A stretch of DNA of 64,000 nt from an uncultured Polyangiaceae bacterium. GTDB lineage: Bacteria; Myxococcota_A; Polyangia; Polyangiales; Polyangiaceae. The stretch is taken from the NCBI GenBank assembly GCA_964415255.1, contig CAYQAC010000009.1, positions 214-64,213 on the forward strand, given 5' to 3'. The notes beneath the pieces were generated by a model that was not told where the DNA came from, did no database searches, and saw nothing but the letters and a program-made list of their open reading frames with translations. Made by a program: the position numbers and the translations under genes. Of this stretch, positions 14,763-24,055 are shown in pieces (position 1 is the first letter of the stretch; the number at the start of each line of letters is the position of its first letter).

Positions 14763-16748
14763 TCACGAGCGGCCTGCGGCGGCTTCACCCGCTGACGAGG
14801 CGCCGGCCACCGGCGGGCGCCCCTCCGCCACCAGGCGCTCGATCAAGTCAGCGATACTGACCGACCCGAGATCGCCCTCGCCGGAGCGCAGCGCCACGCT
14901 CTGCTGCTCCACCTCTTGGTCGCCGATGACCGCCAGGTAAGGCAGCCGGAGGTTGCGCCCGTTGCGGATCTTGGCGCCCAGCTTGTCCGAGCTGTCGTCC
15001 ACCAGCACGCGCACCCCGGCGTCACGCAGCTTGTGAGCGAGCTCCGCCGCGAACGGCGCCTGACGCTCGCTCACCGTGAGCAGGCTGATCTGCTCGGGGG
15101 CGAGCCACATGGGGAACTTGCCCGAGCAGTGCTCAATGTACACGCCAAGGAAGCGCTCCACCGAGCCGAGGATGGCACGGTGGAGCATCACCGGGCGGTT
15201 CGCCTGGCCCTGAGCGTCCACGTACTCAAGCCCGAAGCGCTCCGGCAACGCGTAATCTACCTGGACGGTGCCAAGCTGCCAGTCGCGGCCCAGCGCGTCC
15301 GTCACGTGGAACTCCAGCTTGGGGCCGTAGAAGGCGCCTTCCCCTGGCAACAGCTCGTAAGGGGTGTTCGACTCCTTGAGCACCGCCTCCAGCGCCTGCT
15401 CCGCGGCGTCCCACATGGCGTCGGTGCCGAGGCGCTTCTCTGGGCGGAGCGCCAGCTTCACCCGAACGTCCTTGAACTCGAAGGCGCGGTACACCTCAAA
15501 CAGCAGCTCGTTGAAGCTGCGCATTTCCTCGTGGATTTGCGCTGGGGTGCAGAAGATGTGCGCGTCGTCTTGGCAGAAGCTGCGCACCCGAGCCAGGCCG
15601 TGGAGCGAGCCGCCGCGCTCATAGCGGTGCAGCCGCCCGAAGTCCGCGATGCGCCACGGCAGCTCGCGGTAGCTGCGGCGCCGCTGCCCGAAGATCAGGC
15701 AGTGGCTGGGGCAGTTCATTGGCTTCTGAGAGAGGTTCTCTAGCGCGGGGTGGGAGCATGAGGGCTCCTGCTGCGCGATCTCGTCGAGCGTCTCTGCGGT
15801 GACCGGGAGGTACATGTTCTCCCGGTAGTTCTGCAGGTGACCGCTGGTCTCAAACAGGCGCTTGTCGAAGATTTGCGGGGTGATGACCTCTTCGTAGCCG
15901 TAGCGCACGTACAGGCTGCGGATGTAGTCCACCAGGCGCCGGTACACGCTGGCGCCGCGCGGCAAGAAGAACGGCATCGCCGGCGCGTACTCGTGGAACC
16001 AGAATAGTTCGAGCTCCTTACCGAGCTTGCGATGGTCGCGGCGCTTCGCCTCTTCTTGCTGCTCAAGGTAGGCGTCTAGCTCCTCTTGAGTGCGGAACGC
16101 GGTGCCGTAAATGCGCTGCAGCATCGGCCGCGTCTCGTCGCCGCGCCAGTACGCCCCCGCGACGCTGGTCAGCTTCACCACGCCTAGGTCGGCGGTGGAT
16201 GGCACGTGCGGCCCCGAGCAGAGGTCAAACCAGCTGCCTTCTTTCCGCCCAGGGCTCGCGTGGCGGTAGAGCGAGATCTCGGCGTCCGCCGCGATGCCCT
16301 GGATGAGCTCCACCTTGTAGGCCTCGCCCATCGAGCGAAACAGCTCGATGGCGGCCTCCCGGCTCACCACCTCACGCACGAACGGCCGCTTGGCGTTCAT
16401 GATCCGCCGCATCTCCTTCTCGATGCGCTGCAGATCTTTGTCGGTGAAGGGGCCGTCTGGCCGATCGAAATCGTAGTAAAAGCCGCTCTGGATGGCCGGC
16501 CCGATGGTGACCTGGGTGCCGGGGAACAGGCGCTGCACGGCGTCCGCCATCACGTGCGCCGTGGAGTGACGGATCACCTCCAGCGCCTCCGGGCTGCCGC
16601 GGCGAACGACGCTGAGCTCACTTGGCTCGGCGCTGATCGGCGTGTGTAAATCGACGATACGATCGCCTATTTTTACCGCGATGACGTCTGCGTCCAGAGT
16701 GTCAGGGCCGAGGAGCTCACGCGCGGTCTGACGCGCGGGCTCAGTCAT
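14763..16748 (-). CDS. thrS: threonyl-tRNA synthetase
   Basis: HSTAHVMA, class II motifs (FRxE-like HRYERGGSLHGLARVRSFCQDDAHIF), C-terminal anticodon-binding domain. Confidence 0.95.
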   Translation of the reverse strand: MTEPARQTARELLGPDTLDADVIAVKIGDRIVDLHTPISAEPSELSVVRRGSPEALEVIRHSTAHVMADAVQRLFPGTQVTIGPAIQSGFYYDFDRPDGPFTDKDLQRIEKEMRRIMNAKRPFVREVVSREAAIELFRSMGEAYKVELIQGIAADAEISLYRHASPGRKEGSWFDLCSGPHVPSTADLGVVKLTSVAGAYWRGDETRPMLQRIYGTAFRTQEELDAYLEQQEEAKRRDHRKLGKELELFWFHEYAPAMPFFLPRGASVYRRLVDYIRSLYVRYGYEEVITPQIFDKRLFETSGHLQNYRENMYLPVTAETLDEIAQQEPSCSHPALENLSQKPMNCPSHCLIFGQRRRSYRELPWRIADFGRLHRYERGGSLHGLARVRSFCQDDAHIFCTPAQIHEEMRSFNELLFEVYRAFEFKDVRVKLALRPEKRLGTDAMWDAAEQALEAVLKESNTPYELLPGEGAFYGPKLEFHVTDALGRDWQLGTVQVDYALPERFGLEYVDAQGQANRPVMLHRAILGSVERFLGVYIEHCSGKFPMWLAPEQISLLTVSERQAPFAAELAHKLRDAGVRVLVDDSSDKLGAKIRNGRNLRLPYLAVIGDQEVEQQSVALRSGEGDLGSVSIADLIERLVAEGRPPVAGASSAGEAAAGRS

Positions 16749-16765
16749 AGTCCCCGACGCCCTAG

Positions 16766-16800
16766 CGACTGGGCTCGCCGCGACGACTGGGCTCGCCGCG
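16766..16800. repeat. Tandem 17-nt unit (period 18) x2 in the thrS 5' leader
   Basis: CGACTGGGCTCGCCGCG at 16766-16782 and 16784-16800, 18-52 nt upstream of the thrS ATG on the coding strand. Confidence 0.85.
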
Positions 16801-16899
16801 GCAACGAGCCAGGCTGATGCGATGCTCTACTCCGCTGCGCCTCACCCCGTGCGGCCACGCGCTGATGCGCGCCGATGACGGGGTGGGCTGCTTGCGCAG

Positions 16900-16971
16900 T
16901 AGGCGCGGGCAGGATTGAACTGCCGACCCCTACAGTGTCAATGTAGTGCTCTACCACTGAGCTACGCGCCT
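16900..16971 (-). tRNA. tRNA-Val (anticodon GAC), CCA not encoded
   Basis: Manual cloverleaf: AGGCGCG-TA-GCTC-AGTGGTA-GAGC-A-CTACA-TTGACAC-TGTAG-GGGTC-GGCAG-TTCAATC-CTGCC-CGCGCCT-A. Confidence 0.9.
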
Positions 16972-17058
16972 GAAAAACGAACGGTGAGGGTGAAGGTGAT
17001 CGGTTCGGACGCGAGCTCGCGCCCAGGCCCCAGACCTATCCACGCAGGCCGGGGCGCG

Positions 17059-17088
17059 ATAAATGTCACCCGCGTGGTGGGGTGTCAA
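17059..17088 (-). promoter_or_regulatory. sigma-70-like promoter for tRNA-Val-thrS-infC
   Basis: On the minus strand: perfect TTGACA (17083-17088), 18-nt spacer, ATTTAT (17059-17064). About 80 nt upstream of the tRNA 5' end. Confidence 0.4.
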
Positions 17089-17148
17089 GCTGGATTGCTC
17101 AAGGTTCACGCGGGGGCTCGGGGCCGGCTCGCTGACTTCGACGGGGTA

Positions 17149-17185
17149 GTTTTTGGGGGTTTGGCAGGTCGGTGCGCTGACGTTC
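17149..17185 (+). repeat. REP-C copy, forward
   Basis: GTAGTTTTTGGGGGTTTGGCAGGTCGGTGCGCTGACG, in the divergent gap between tRNA-Val and yajC. Confidence 0.75.
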
Positions 17186-17373
17186 AGGCAAACCCCCCCC
17201 TCCCTACTGACCAAGTGTCACGGAGTGCAACGAGCGCTGCCCACTGGGTGCCCAGCTTGAGCTCCTGAGGGCGATCGCTGAGGCCTGAAGGAGGGTCGGT
17301 GAGTACGCCGGTCAGTCGCTTGCGTGCCCTTGGGATCCTCGGTATAGGCCCCACCCCTTTTGAAGGAGCTCGC

Positions 17374-17844
17374 GTGAATTTGCTGGCGTTCGCATCTCAA
17401 GCCCAAGGTACTCCACCGGCCCGCCCCGCGGCCCCTGGAGCGCCGGCCCCCGCGGCGCCCGCTGCCGCGCCGGCAGCCGGCACAGAAGCCGCTGCGCCTC
17501 AAGGTCCCGCTCCAGAGCCGCCCGGCTTGTTCTCGATGGCGCCGATGCTGCTGCTCATGGTGGCGCTGTTCGGCTTCATGTGGTGGACCAACCGCAGCCA
17601 AGAGAAGAAGAAGCAGGCCATGCTCTCCGAGCTCAAGAAGGGGGACCGCGTGATCACCCAGAGCGGGCTGATGGGGAAGCTGCTTGAGCGTACAGACCGC
17701 TTCGCCACCGTGGAGATCGCGCCGGGCGTGAAGGTGAAGATGCTGGCCTCCGCGCTGGCGGGGAAAGATCACACGGACAGCCAAGGCGAGGGCAAGGACG
17801 CCAAGGACGCCAAGGAAGCGAAGTCAGGGAAGGACGCCAAGTAG
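17374..17844 (+). CDS. yajC: preprotein translocase subunit YajC (long Ala/Pro-rich N-region, Lys/Asp-rich tail)
   Basis: GTG start preceded by GAAGGAG. TM MAPMLLLMVALFGFMWW, then RSQEKKKQAMLSELKKGDRVITQSGLMGKL. Confidence 0.85.
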   Translation: MNLLAFASQAQGTPPARPAAPGAPAPAAPAAAPAAGTEAAAPQGPAPEPPGLFSMAPMLLLMVALFGFMWWTNRSQEKKKQAMLSELKKGDRVITQSGLMGKLLERTDRFATVEIAPGVKVKMLASALAGKDHTDSQGEGKDAKDAKEAKSGKDAK

Positions 17845-17925
17845 GCGCCCCCTGGCGCGCGCGCCGTCGTGTGGATTGCCCCGACGGAAGCCGCTTCGAG
17901 AGAGTTTCGGTAGAAGGAGCCGAGA

Positions 17926-20031
17926 GTGGTTAACACGGTCTTGCAGTATGTGTTTGGGGGCGCAGCCCTGGCGCTCGGTGCGCTTGGGTACTTCCGCCCC
18001 ACGCACCGCACGTCGCAGTGGGCGGGCGCTTTAGCGGCAGCCGGAGCTGGAGGCGCCGCCTATTACGACGCGTTCTGGCCCATGGTGCTGCTCGGTTTGA
18101 CGGCGCTCTGGTGCCTGTTCTTGGGGGTGAACTGGGTGACGCCGGGCTGGCGCGGGCGCTTCGGCGTGGTCGCTGGTGTGACCTTGGTCGCGCTCCTGGT
18201 GCTGCTCCCCAGCGTGGAGAGCATGTCCGGCGGGCGGGTGAAGTGCCCGACCTACATCAAGGAGCGGATGGGGTTCCGCTTGGTGGCGGGGCTGGATTTG
18301 CGGGGCGGGCTCCGGCTCGTCTACACGGTGGAGGTGGCTGAGGCCATCCGCGACAAGCGCGACGCCTACTTCGAGGACATGGAGACGGAGCTCGCGCGCG
18401 CCTTCGAGCTGCACTCCGGAGAAGACCGCCCAACTGACGAGGTGTACGCCAAGCTCCGCGAGAAGGTGACCATCACGGCGCCGCGCGGGGAGTCGAACCG
18501 CATCGACATCGAGTTCAAGAGCCCCGCGGACGAGGCGAAGTTCGACAAGCGCTTCCAAGACCGTTTCCGTGGGGAATTGGACTTCGCGCACGAGGTGGGC
18601 AGCGGCAAGGTGCGCTACTTCATCCGTGAGGCGTCTGAGTCGGATATCCGCGAGCGCGCCACCCTGCAGGCCAAGGAGATCATCCTGCGCCGCGTGGATG
18701 AGCTCGGCCTGCGTGAGGCCTCCGTCTCCACGCGGGGCGAGGACGTCATCGTGGAGGTGCCGGGCGAGGACGAGGCCAGCTTCCAGCAGATCCGCGACAT
18801 CATCAGCCAGACGGCGCGGCTTGAGTTCAAGCTGAACGACGACGAGAACAAGTTCTTCGAGCAGCTCTCGAAGGACCTCCAGGGCACCTCACTGCCGTCT
18901 GGCATCAGCTTCCAGAGCGAGTCCGTGAGCCTGGGCCAAGACGCGGATGAGGAGCCCATCGTCGGGGTGTTCCACTTCGCCGTCATCACCAACCAAGACG
19001 GTGAGAGCTCAGAGGCCTCGCTGAAGCGCTTCCGCGAGTGGACGGAGACGCTGAACGTGCCGCCAGGGCGCGAAATCGGCTTCGAGAAGCTCACCACCAT
19101 GGACGCCTCCTCGCGCAAAGAGACAGACCAAGGCTGGCGCACCTACGTGCTCAAGTCGCGCGCTGAGATCACCGGCGACATGATCCGCGACGCTCAGGCG
19201 CAGCCTCAGAGCCAGCAGGGCTCACTGGGCGGTTGGCTCGTGGCCCTGACCTTCACGGAGCGAGGCGGCTCCATCTTCGAGCGCATCACGGGGGACAACG
19301 TCAAGCGGCGCTTCTCCATCATCTTGGATGACAAGGTGGAGAGCTCTCCAGTGATTCAGGGGAGGATCCCCGGCGGTCACGCCACCATCACGATGGGCTC
19401 AGGGGACGCTCAGGTGCAGCTTGAGCGCTCACGCAACCTGGAGATGGTGCTGCGCTCAGGTGCGCTGCCCGCGCCCATCTCGCTCTCGAATGAGCAGCAC
19501 ATCGGGCCCTCCTTGGGGCGCGACTCGATCAAGTTGGCGCTCGAGGGCGCGCTTGGCGGCTCGCTCCTCGTGGTCGTGTTCATGATGATCTACTACCGCG
19601 GCGGCGGACTCATCGCGAACCTGGGCGTCGTGGTGAACCTGCTCTTGCAGCTGGCGGTGCTGGCCTCCTTCGGGGCCTCCATGACCCTGCCAGGCATCGC
19701 GGGGCTCGCGCTCACGGTGGGCATGAGCGTCGACTCGAACGTGCTCATCAATGAGCGGATACGCGAGGAGCAGCTCGAGGGTAAGAGCCCGAGAGCGGCC
19801 GTCGAGCTTGGCTTCAACCGAGCGCTCACCGCGATCATCGACGGGCACATCACCACGCTGATCGCCGCGGTGATCCTCGCGCAGTACGGCACCGGACCCA
19901 TCAAGGGTTTTGCCATCACCCTCATCGTGGGCACCCTCACCAGCATCTTCAGCGGTGTGGTGGTCTCCCGCGTCCTCTTCGACTTCTGGGTTCACGGCAA
20001 GGGCCGTGACGCCAAACTGAACGTGGGCTGA
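17926..20031 (+). CDS. secD: protein translocase subunit SecD
   Basis: GLDLRGG, ARLEFK, C-terminal 6-TM SecDF domain (GIAGLALTVGMSVDSNVLINERIREE). Upstream RBS GAAGGAG. Confidence 0.95.
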   Translation: MVNTVLQYVFGGAALALGALGYFRPTHRTSQWAGALAAAGAGGAAYYDAFWPMVLLGLTALWCLFLGVNWVTPGWRGRFGVVAGVTLVALLVLLPSVESMSGGRVKCPTYIKERMGFRLVAGLDLRGGLRLVYTVEVAEAIRDKRDAYFEDMETELARAFELHSGEDRPTDEVYAKLREKVTITAPRGESNRIDIEFKSPADEAKFDKRFQDRFRGELDFAHEVGSGKVRYFIREASESDIRERATLQAKEIILRRVDELGLREASVSTRGEDVIVEVPGEDEASFQQIRDIISQTARLEFKLNDDENKFFEQLSKDLQGTSLPSGISFQSESVSLGQDADEEPIVGVFHFAVITNQDGESSEASLKRFREWTETLNVPPGREIGFEKLTTMDASSRKETDQGWRTYVLKSRAEITGDMIRDAQAQPQSQQGSLGGWLVALTFTERGGSIFERITGDNVKRRFSIILDDKVESSPVIQGRIPGGHATITMGSGDAQVQLERSRNLEMVLRSGALPAPISLSNEQHIGPSLGRDSIKLALEGALGGSLLVVVFMMIYYRGGGLIANLGVVVNLLLQLAVLASFGASMTLPGIAGLALTVGMSVDSNVLINERIREEQLEGKSPRAAVELGFNRALTAIIDGHITTLIAAVILAQYGTGPIKGFAITLIVGTLTSIFSGVVVSRVLFDFWVHGKGRDAKLNVG

Positions 20032-20034
20032 GCG

Positions 20035-21264
20035 ATGCAGCTGTTTCCAGTTGGAAAAATTTACGACTTCATGGGCAAGCGGCGGATCTTTGTCCCGCTG
20101 ACCTTGCTCGCTGTTGTCGCCTCCCTCGTCAGCTTCGTCTACCCGGGGCCCACCTTCGGGACAGACTTCCGCGGCGGGACGGAGGTGGAGGTCGCCTTCA
20201 AGGGGCCGGTGGAGGCCGGCCAGCTGCGAGACCTGATCGAGCGCTCGGGCTTCTCCACACCAGACGTCGTCCGGGTGGAGGACAGCAGCTCTGACTACCG
20301 CTACATGCTGCGGGTGCAGGAGGTGTCGTCGATCGACGAGGCCAAGCAGCAGGAGATCTTGAGCGCGCTGTGCTTCGGGGAAGGGCTGCCTCAAGATCGT
20401 TGCCCCGCGGAGCGCTCGCCCAGCGAGGTGAAGTTCAGCCCCGGCGGGGACAAGCTGACCATCCGCTTCCGCGCCGATCCGGATCTGGCGAGGATCCGTC
20501 AGCAGCTCACGCCGGTGGAGGGGGTCTCCATCCGCGCTGGGGAGAACGCGATCGCGCTCCAGAACGCGCGCGAGCACCGGGTGGACGTGCAGCTGCAGAG
20601 CAAGGGCGACCAGCTGATGGACGCCCTGCGCCAGGGGCTCGGCGCGGAGCTCGTGCCCGATCATCCGCTGCGCGTGGAGTGGATCGGCCCCAAGGCGGGC
20701 GCTCAGCTGCGTGACGCCGCCATCACCAGCGTGCTCATCTCGCTGGTGTTCATCATGGCCTACATCGCGCTCCGGTTCGATGTGCGCTTCGCCCCAGGCG
20801 CCACCGTGGCCCTGGCGCACGACGCGCTGCTCACCATGGGCGTGCTCAACTTCATGGGGCGGGAGATCACGCTGACCACCGTGGCGGCGCTGCTCACCAT
20901 CATTGGTTACTCCGTGAACGACACGGTGGTGGTGTTCGACCGCGTGCGCGAGAACCTCGTGCGCATGCGCGGGGCGAGCTTCATCAAGCTGATCAACGTG
21001 AGCCTCAGCGAGATGCTGAGCCGCACCATCATCACCGGCGGCTCCACCATCCTCGCGCTGCTCGCCTTCTTCGTGCGCGGCACCGGCACCTTGAAGGAGT
21101 TCGCCTTCACCCTGGTGATTGGCATGGTGCTCGGCATCTACTCGACCATCTTCATCGCGCTGCCGTTCACCGAGTGGCTGGACAGGACCGTGTTCGCCCG
21201 CGTCGGGAAGAACAAGAAGAAGAAGAGCGCGCCGCTCCGCAAGGCTGACGAAGCGGTGGTCTGA
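20035..21264 (+). CDS. secF: protein translocase subunit SecF
   Basis: GTDFRGGTEV, IGYSVNDTVVVFDRVREN. Starts 3 nt after secD. Confidence 0.95.
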   Translation: MQLFPVGKIYDFMGKRRIFVPLTLLAVVASLVSFVYPGPTFGTDFRGGTEVEVAFKGPVEAGQLRDLIERSGFSTPDVVRVEDSSSDYRYMLRVQEVSSIDEAKQQEILSALCFGEGLPQDRCPAERSPSEVKFSPGGDKLTIRFRADPDLARIRQQLTPVEGVSIRAGENAIALQNAREHRVDVQLQSKGDQLMDALRQGLGAELVPDHPLRVEWIGPKAGAQLRDAAITSVLISLVFIMAYIALRFDVRFAPGATVALAHDALLTMGVLNFMGREITLTTVAALLTIIGYSVNDTVVVFDRVRENLVRMRGASFIKLINVSLSEMLSRTIITGGSTILALLAFFVRGTGTLKEFAFTLVIGMVLGIYSTIFIALPFTEWLDRTVFARVGKNKKKKSAPLRKADEAVV

Positions 21265-21265
21265 G

Positions 21266-22963
21266 GTGGCCTCGCCCCTCGGCGCCGCTGAGCTGAGCGA
21301 GGTGGAGCGGCTCGCGCGGGCGCTCGGCAGCAGCCGAACGCTCGCGCAGGTGTTCGCTCGGCGCGGGCAGTCGGAGGTGCCGGAGATTGAGCGCTTCCTC
21401 AAGCCGCAGCTCAGTCAGCTCACCTCACCAGATGCCATGGTGGACAGGGAGGTGCTCGCGGAGCGCCTCGCGCACGCGGCGCGCCACCAGGAGCGCGTCG
21501 TGGTGTTCGGCGACTACGACTGCGACGGCATCACCTCGGCGGCCATCTTGACGGATCTGCTACGGCGCTTGGGCGCGGTGGTGATCCCACAGCTGGCGAG
21601 CCGCTTCAGCGGCGGCTACGGGGTCAGCCCGGAGGCGACCGATCGCATCCTCTCGGCGTCTCCCGCGGTGCTCGTCACCTGCGATTGTGGCTCCTCCGAC
21701 CACACGAGCCTCGCGCGAGTGAGGGAGGCGGGGGTGGACGTCTTGGTGATCGATCATCACCTGGTCCCGCGCGAGCCGCTGCCGGCGATGGCCTTCCTCA
21801 ACCCGCACCGACCGGACTGCGGCTTCCCTTATAAGGGGCTCGCCTCGTGTGGGCTGGTGTTGTCGGTCGGGGCCGCCTTGCGCAAGCGCCTCGATCCCAA
21901 GCTCGATTTGCGCCCCTACCTCGACCTGGTCGCGATCGGCACCATCGCTGACGTCGCGCCGCTCGACGGCGATAACCGCGCGCTGGTGCGCGCTGGGCTG
22001 AGCGTGCTCGGCACCGGCGCGCGGCCCGGTGTTCGCGCCCTGCTTGAGTACGCGAAGATCGATCCGAAGCTGCCGATCCGCGGGGAGGACGTCGCGTTCC
22101 GGATCGCGCCGCGCATCAACGCGCCGGGGCGCTTGGGCGCACCGGATCCTGCCTTCGATCTGCTGCTCGCGCAAAACCTCGACACGGCGCGCTCGTTGGC
22201 GGCGCGGGTGGAGCAGCTGACGGATGAGCGCAAGGCCGCGCAGCGCGAGATGGAAGAGCAGGCGATCCAGGTGATTGAGCGTGAAGGGTGGGCTGAGCGC
22301 CCGGCGCTCGTCATCGCGGAGGACGGCATGAACCACGGCATCGTGGGCGTCGTCGCGGGGCGCCTGGTGGATCGCTACCAAGTCCCGGTGGTGGTCATTG
22401 GCTTTGAGGGGGATGAAGGTCGCGGCTCAGTGCGTGGGCCCGCCGGGGCACGTTTGTTCGATGCCCTGACGGAAGCCTCAGAGCCGCTCACCCGCTTTGG
22501 GGGGCACCAGGCAGCGGCGGGCGTCACCGTCGCGCGCGCGGCCGTGGCGCGTTTCCGCGAGGCGTTCGAGGCGGCGTGCAGCGCCGGCGCGGCGGCCCCC
22601 AAGGAGGCTACGGTGCAGGATCCTGCCGCGGTGGTCCCGCTCATGGCGGGCGATCGGCTGTTTCAGGTGGTGACCGACTTGGAGCGGCTCGAGCCTTGTG
22701 GTGAGCGCAACCCAGCGCCAAGCCTGGAGATCACCGCGCGCCTCACCTCCGCGCGCGTGGTGGGCGATGGCCACCTCAAGCTTGACCTCAAGGTGGGTGA
22801 GCAGCGCCTCTCGGCCTTTGGTTTCGGCTTGGGGGAGATCGCAAAATCCCTGACTGAGGAGGTGGTCCTGGTGGGGAAGTTGAAGCGCGACGGCTACGTC
22901 GGTGGGGAGGCCGTGGAGCTGCGGCTCGACTCGGCGCGGAGCGCGGCGGCACCTGCTGGGTGA
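21266..22963 (+). CDS. recJ: single-stranded-DNA-specific exonuclease RecJ
   Basis: GTG start 1 nt after the secF stop. DHH motifs VVVFGDYDCDGITSAAIL, VTCDCGSS, VIDHH. DHHA1 motif GGHQAAAG. Confidence 0.9.
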   Translation: MASPLGAAELSEVERLARALGSSRTLAQVFARRGQSEVPEIERFLKPQLSQLTSPDAMVDREVLAERLAHAARHQERVVVFGDYDCDGITSAAILTDLLRRLGAVVIPQLASRFSGGYGVSPEATDRILSASPAVLVTCDCGSSDHTSLARVREAGVDVLVIDHHLVPREPLPAMAFLNPHRPDCGFPYKGLASCGLVLSVGAALRKRLDPKLDLRPYLDLVAIGTIADVAPLDGDNRALVRAGLSVLGTGARPGVRALLEYAKIDPKLPIRGEDVAFRIAPRINAPGRLGAPDPAFDLLLAQNLDTARSLAARVEQLTDERKAAQREMEEQAIQVIEREGWAERPALVIAEDGMNHGIVGVVAGRLVDRYQVPVVVIGFEGDEGRGSVRGPAGARLFDALTEASEPLTRFGGHQAAAGVTVARAAVARFREAFEAACSAGAAAPKEATVQDPAAVVPLMAGDRLFQVVTDLERLEPCGERNPAPSLEITARLTSARVVGDGHLKLDLKVGEQRLSAFGFGLGEIAKSLTEEVVLVGKLKRDGYVGGEAVELRLDSARSAAAPAG

Positions 22964-22971
22964 GGGTGGGC

Positions 22972-23084
22972 TGCTGCTTGCGGGTTGAGGGCAGGGTGCT
23001 GCTCGCGGGTTGAGGGCAGGGTGCTGCTGTGCTGCGAAGCTGCTGCTTGAGGGCGGGCGGCTGCTTGCGGGTTGAGGGCAGGGG
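22972..23084 (+). repeat. G-rich 25-bp tandem repeat (TGCTGCTYGCGGGTTGAGGGCAGGG), G-quadruplex-prone
   Basis: Two adjacent good copies (22972-22996, 22997-23021), a degenerate stretch, and a further copy at 23061-23084. I count 13 GGG runs on the + strand between 22964 and 23084. Confidence 0.85.
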
Positions 23085-23107
23085 CGGCGTGCCGTAGACC
23101 TCGGGGC

Positions 23108-23887
23108 GTGGAGACCTTGATCCGGTTCAGCGGCGTGAAGAAGCGCTTCGGTGAGAAGGTCATCTACAGCGGGCTCGATCTCAGCATCCGTCGGGGGGAG
23201 GCCTTCACCATCCTCGGTGGCTCGGGGGTCGGGAAGAGCGTCATGCTCAAGATGCTGATCGGGCTGCTCCAGGCTGACGAGGGGAGCATCCTGTTTGACG
23301 GCGCTGAGATCACGAAGATGTCAGAGGAGCAGCTCTCCCAAGTGCGCCGCCGCATCGCGATGTTGTTCCAGAGCGGCGCGCTGTTCGACTCGCTCAGCGT
23401 GGGTGAGAACATCGCCTACGGCTTGGAGGAGCACTTCCGCGAGCAGATGTCGCGCGCCGAGATGGCTGATCGCGTCGCCTGGGCGCTGGGGCTGGTGGGG
23501 CTGCCTGGCATTGAGGACATGCGCCCTTCAGATTTGTCAGGTGGCATGCGTAAGCGCGTGGGCTTGGCGCGCGCGATCGCGGTGCAGCCTGAGGTGCTGC
23601 TCTATGATGAGCCCACCACGGGTCTCGATCCGGTGAACACGGCGCGCGTCAACCGCATGATCATCGGGCTGCAGGAGAAGCTGAAGATCACGAGCGTGGT
23701 GGTGACCCACGACATGGGCAGCGCCTTCAGCATCAGCGATCGGCTGGCGATGGTGCATGGGGGCCGCATCATCGCGTGTGGCACCCCGGAGGAGTTCAAG
23801 GCCTCCGATGACCCGCGGGTGTCTAATTTTATCTTGGGCCGCGCGCCGGCGCAGGAGGACGTGGAGACGCTGCTTCGGAACGGCTGA
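23108..23887 (+). CDS. ABC transporter ATP-binding protein, MlaF-like
   Basis: GTG start (VETLIRFSGVKKRF). Walker A GGSGVGKS, signature LSGGMRKRV, Walker B LLYDEPTTGLD. Confidence 0.88.
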   Translation: METLIRFSGVKKRFGEKVIYSGLDLSIRRGEAFTILGGSGVGKSVMLKMLIGLLQADEGSILFDGAEITKMSEEQLSQVRRRIAMLFQSGALFDSLSVGENIAYGLEEHFREQMSRAEMADRVAWALGLVGLPGIEDMRPSDLSGGMRKRVGLARAIAVQPEVLLYDEPTTGLDPVNTARVNRMIIGLQEKLKITSVVVTHDMGSAFSISDRLAMVHGGRIIACGTPEEFKASDDPRVSNFILGRAPAQEDVETLLRNG

Positions 23888-23921
23888 GGGCGCGCCGAGG
23901 GTGGCGCGCGCGGCCGGTGCG

Positions 23922-24055
23922 GTCAGCATTCCTGACGTCGCCGCGAGTCGCGTCAGCTAGGGCGCCCATCTCGTCAGCATTCCTGACGTCGCCGCGAGTC
24001 GCGTCAGCTAGGGGCGCCCACCTTGTTAGCATTCCTGACGCCGTGAGGCGTGACG
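23922..24055. repeat. 51-bp-period direct repeat x2.6 with internal hairpins
   Basis: GTCAGCATTCCTGACGTCGCCGCGAGTCGCGTCAGCTAGGGCGCCCA at 23922-23968 and 23973-24020, partial copy at 24025-24055. Each has CTGACG...CGTCAG arms. Copies 2-3 encode the C-terminus and stop of the DUF4126 gene. Confidence 0.9.

Noticed and set aside
19456-21402. 648-aa minus-strand ORF
   Set aside because: It is antisense to secD/secF, which have clear motifs. Its Arg/Gly/His/Glu-rich, low-information composition is typical of high-GC shadow ORFs.
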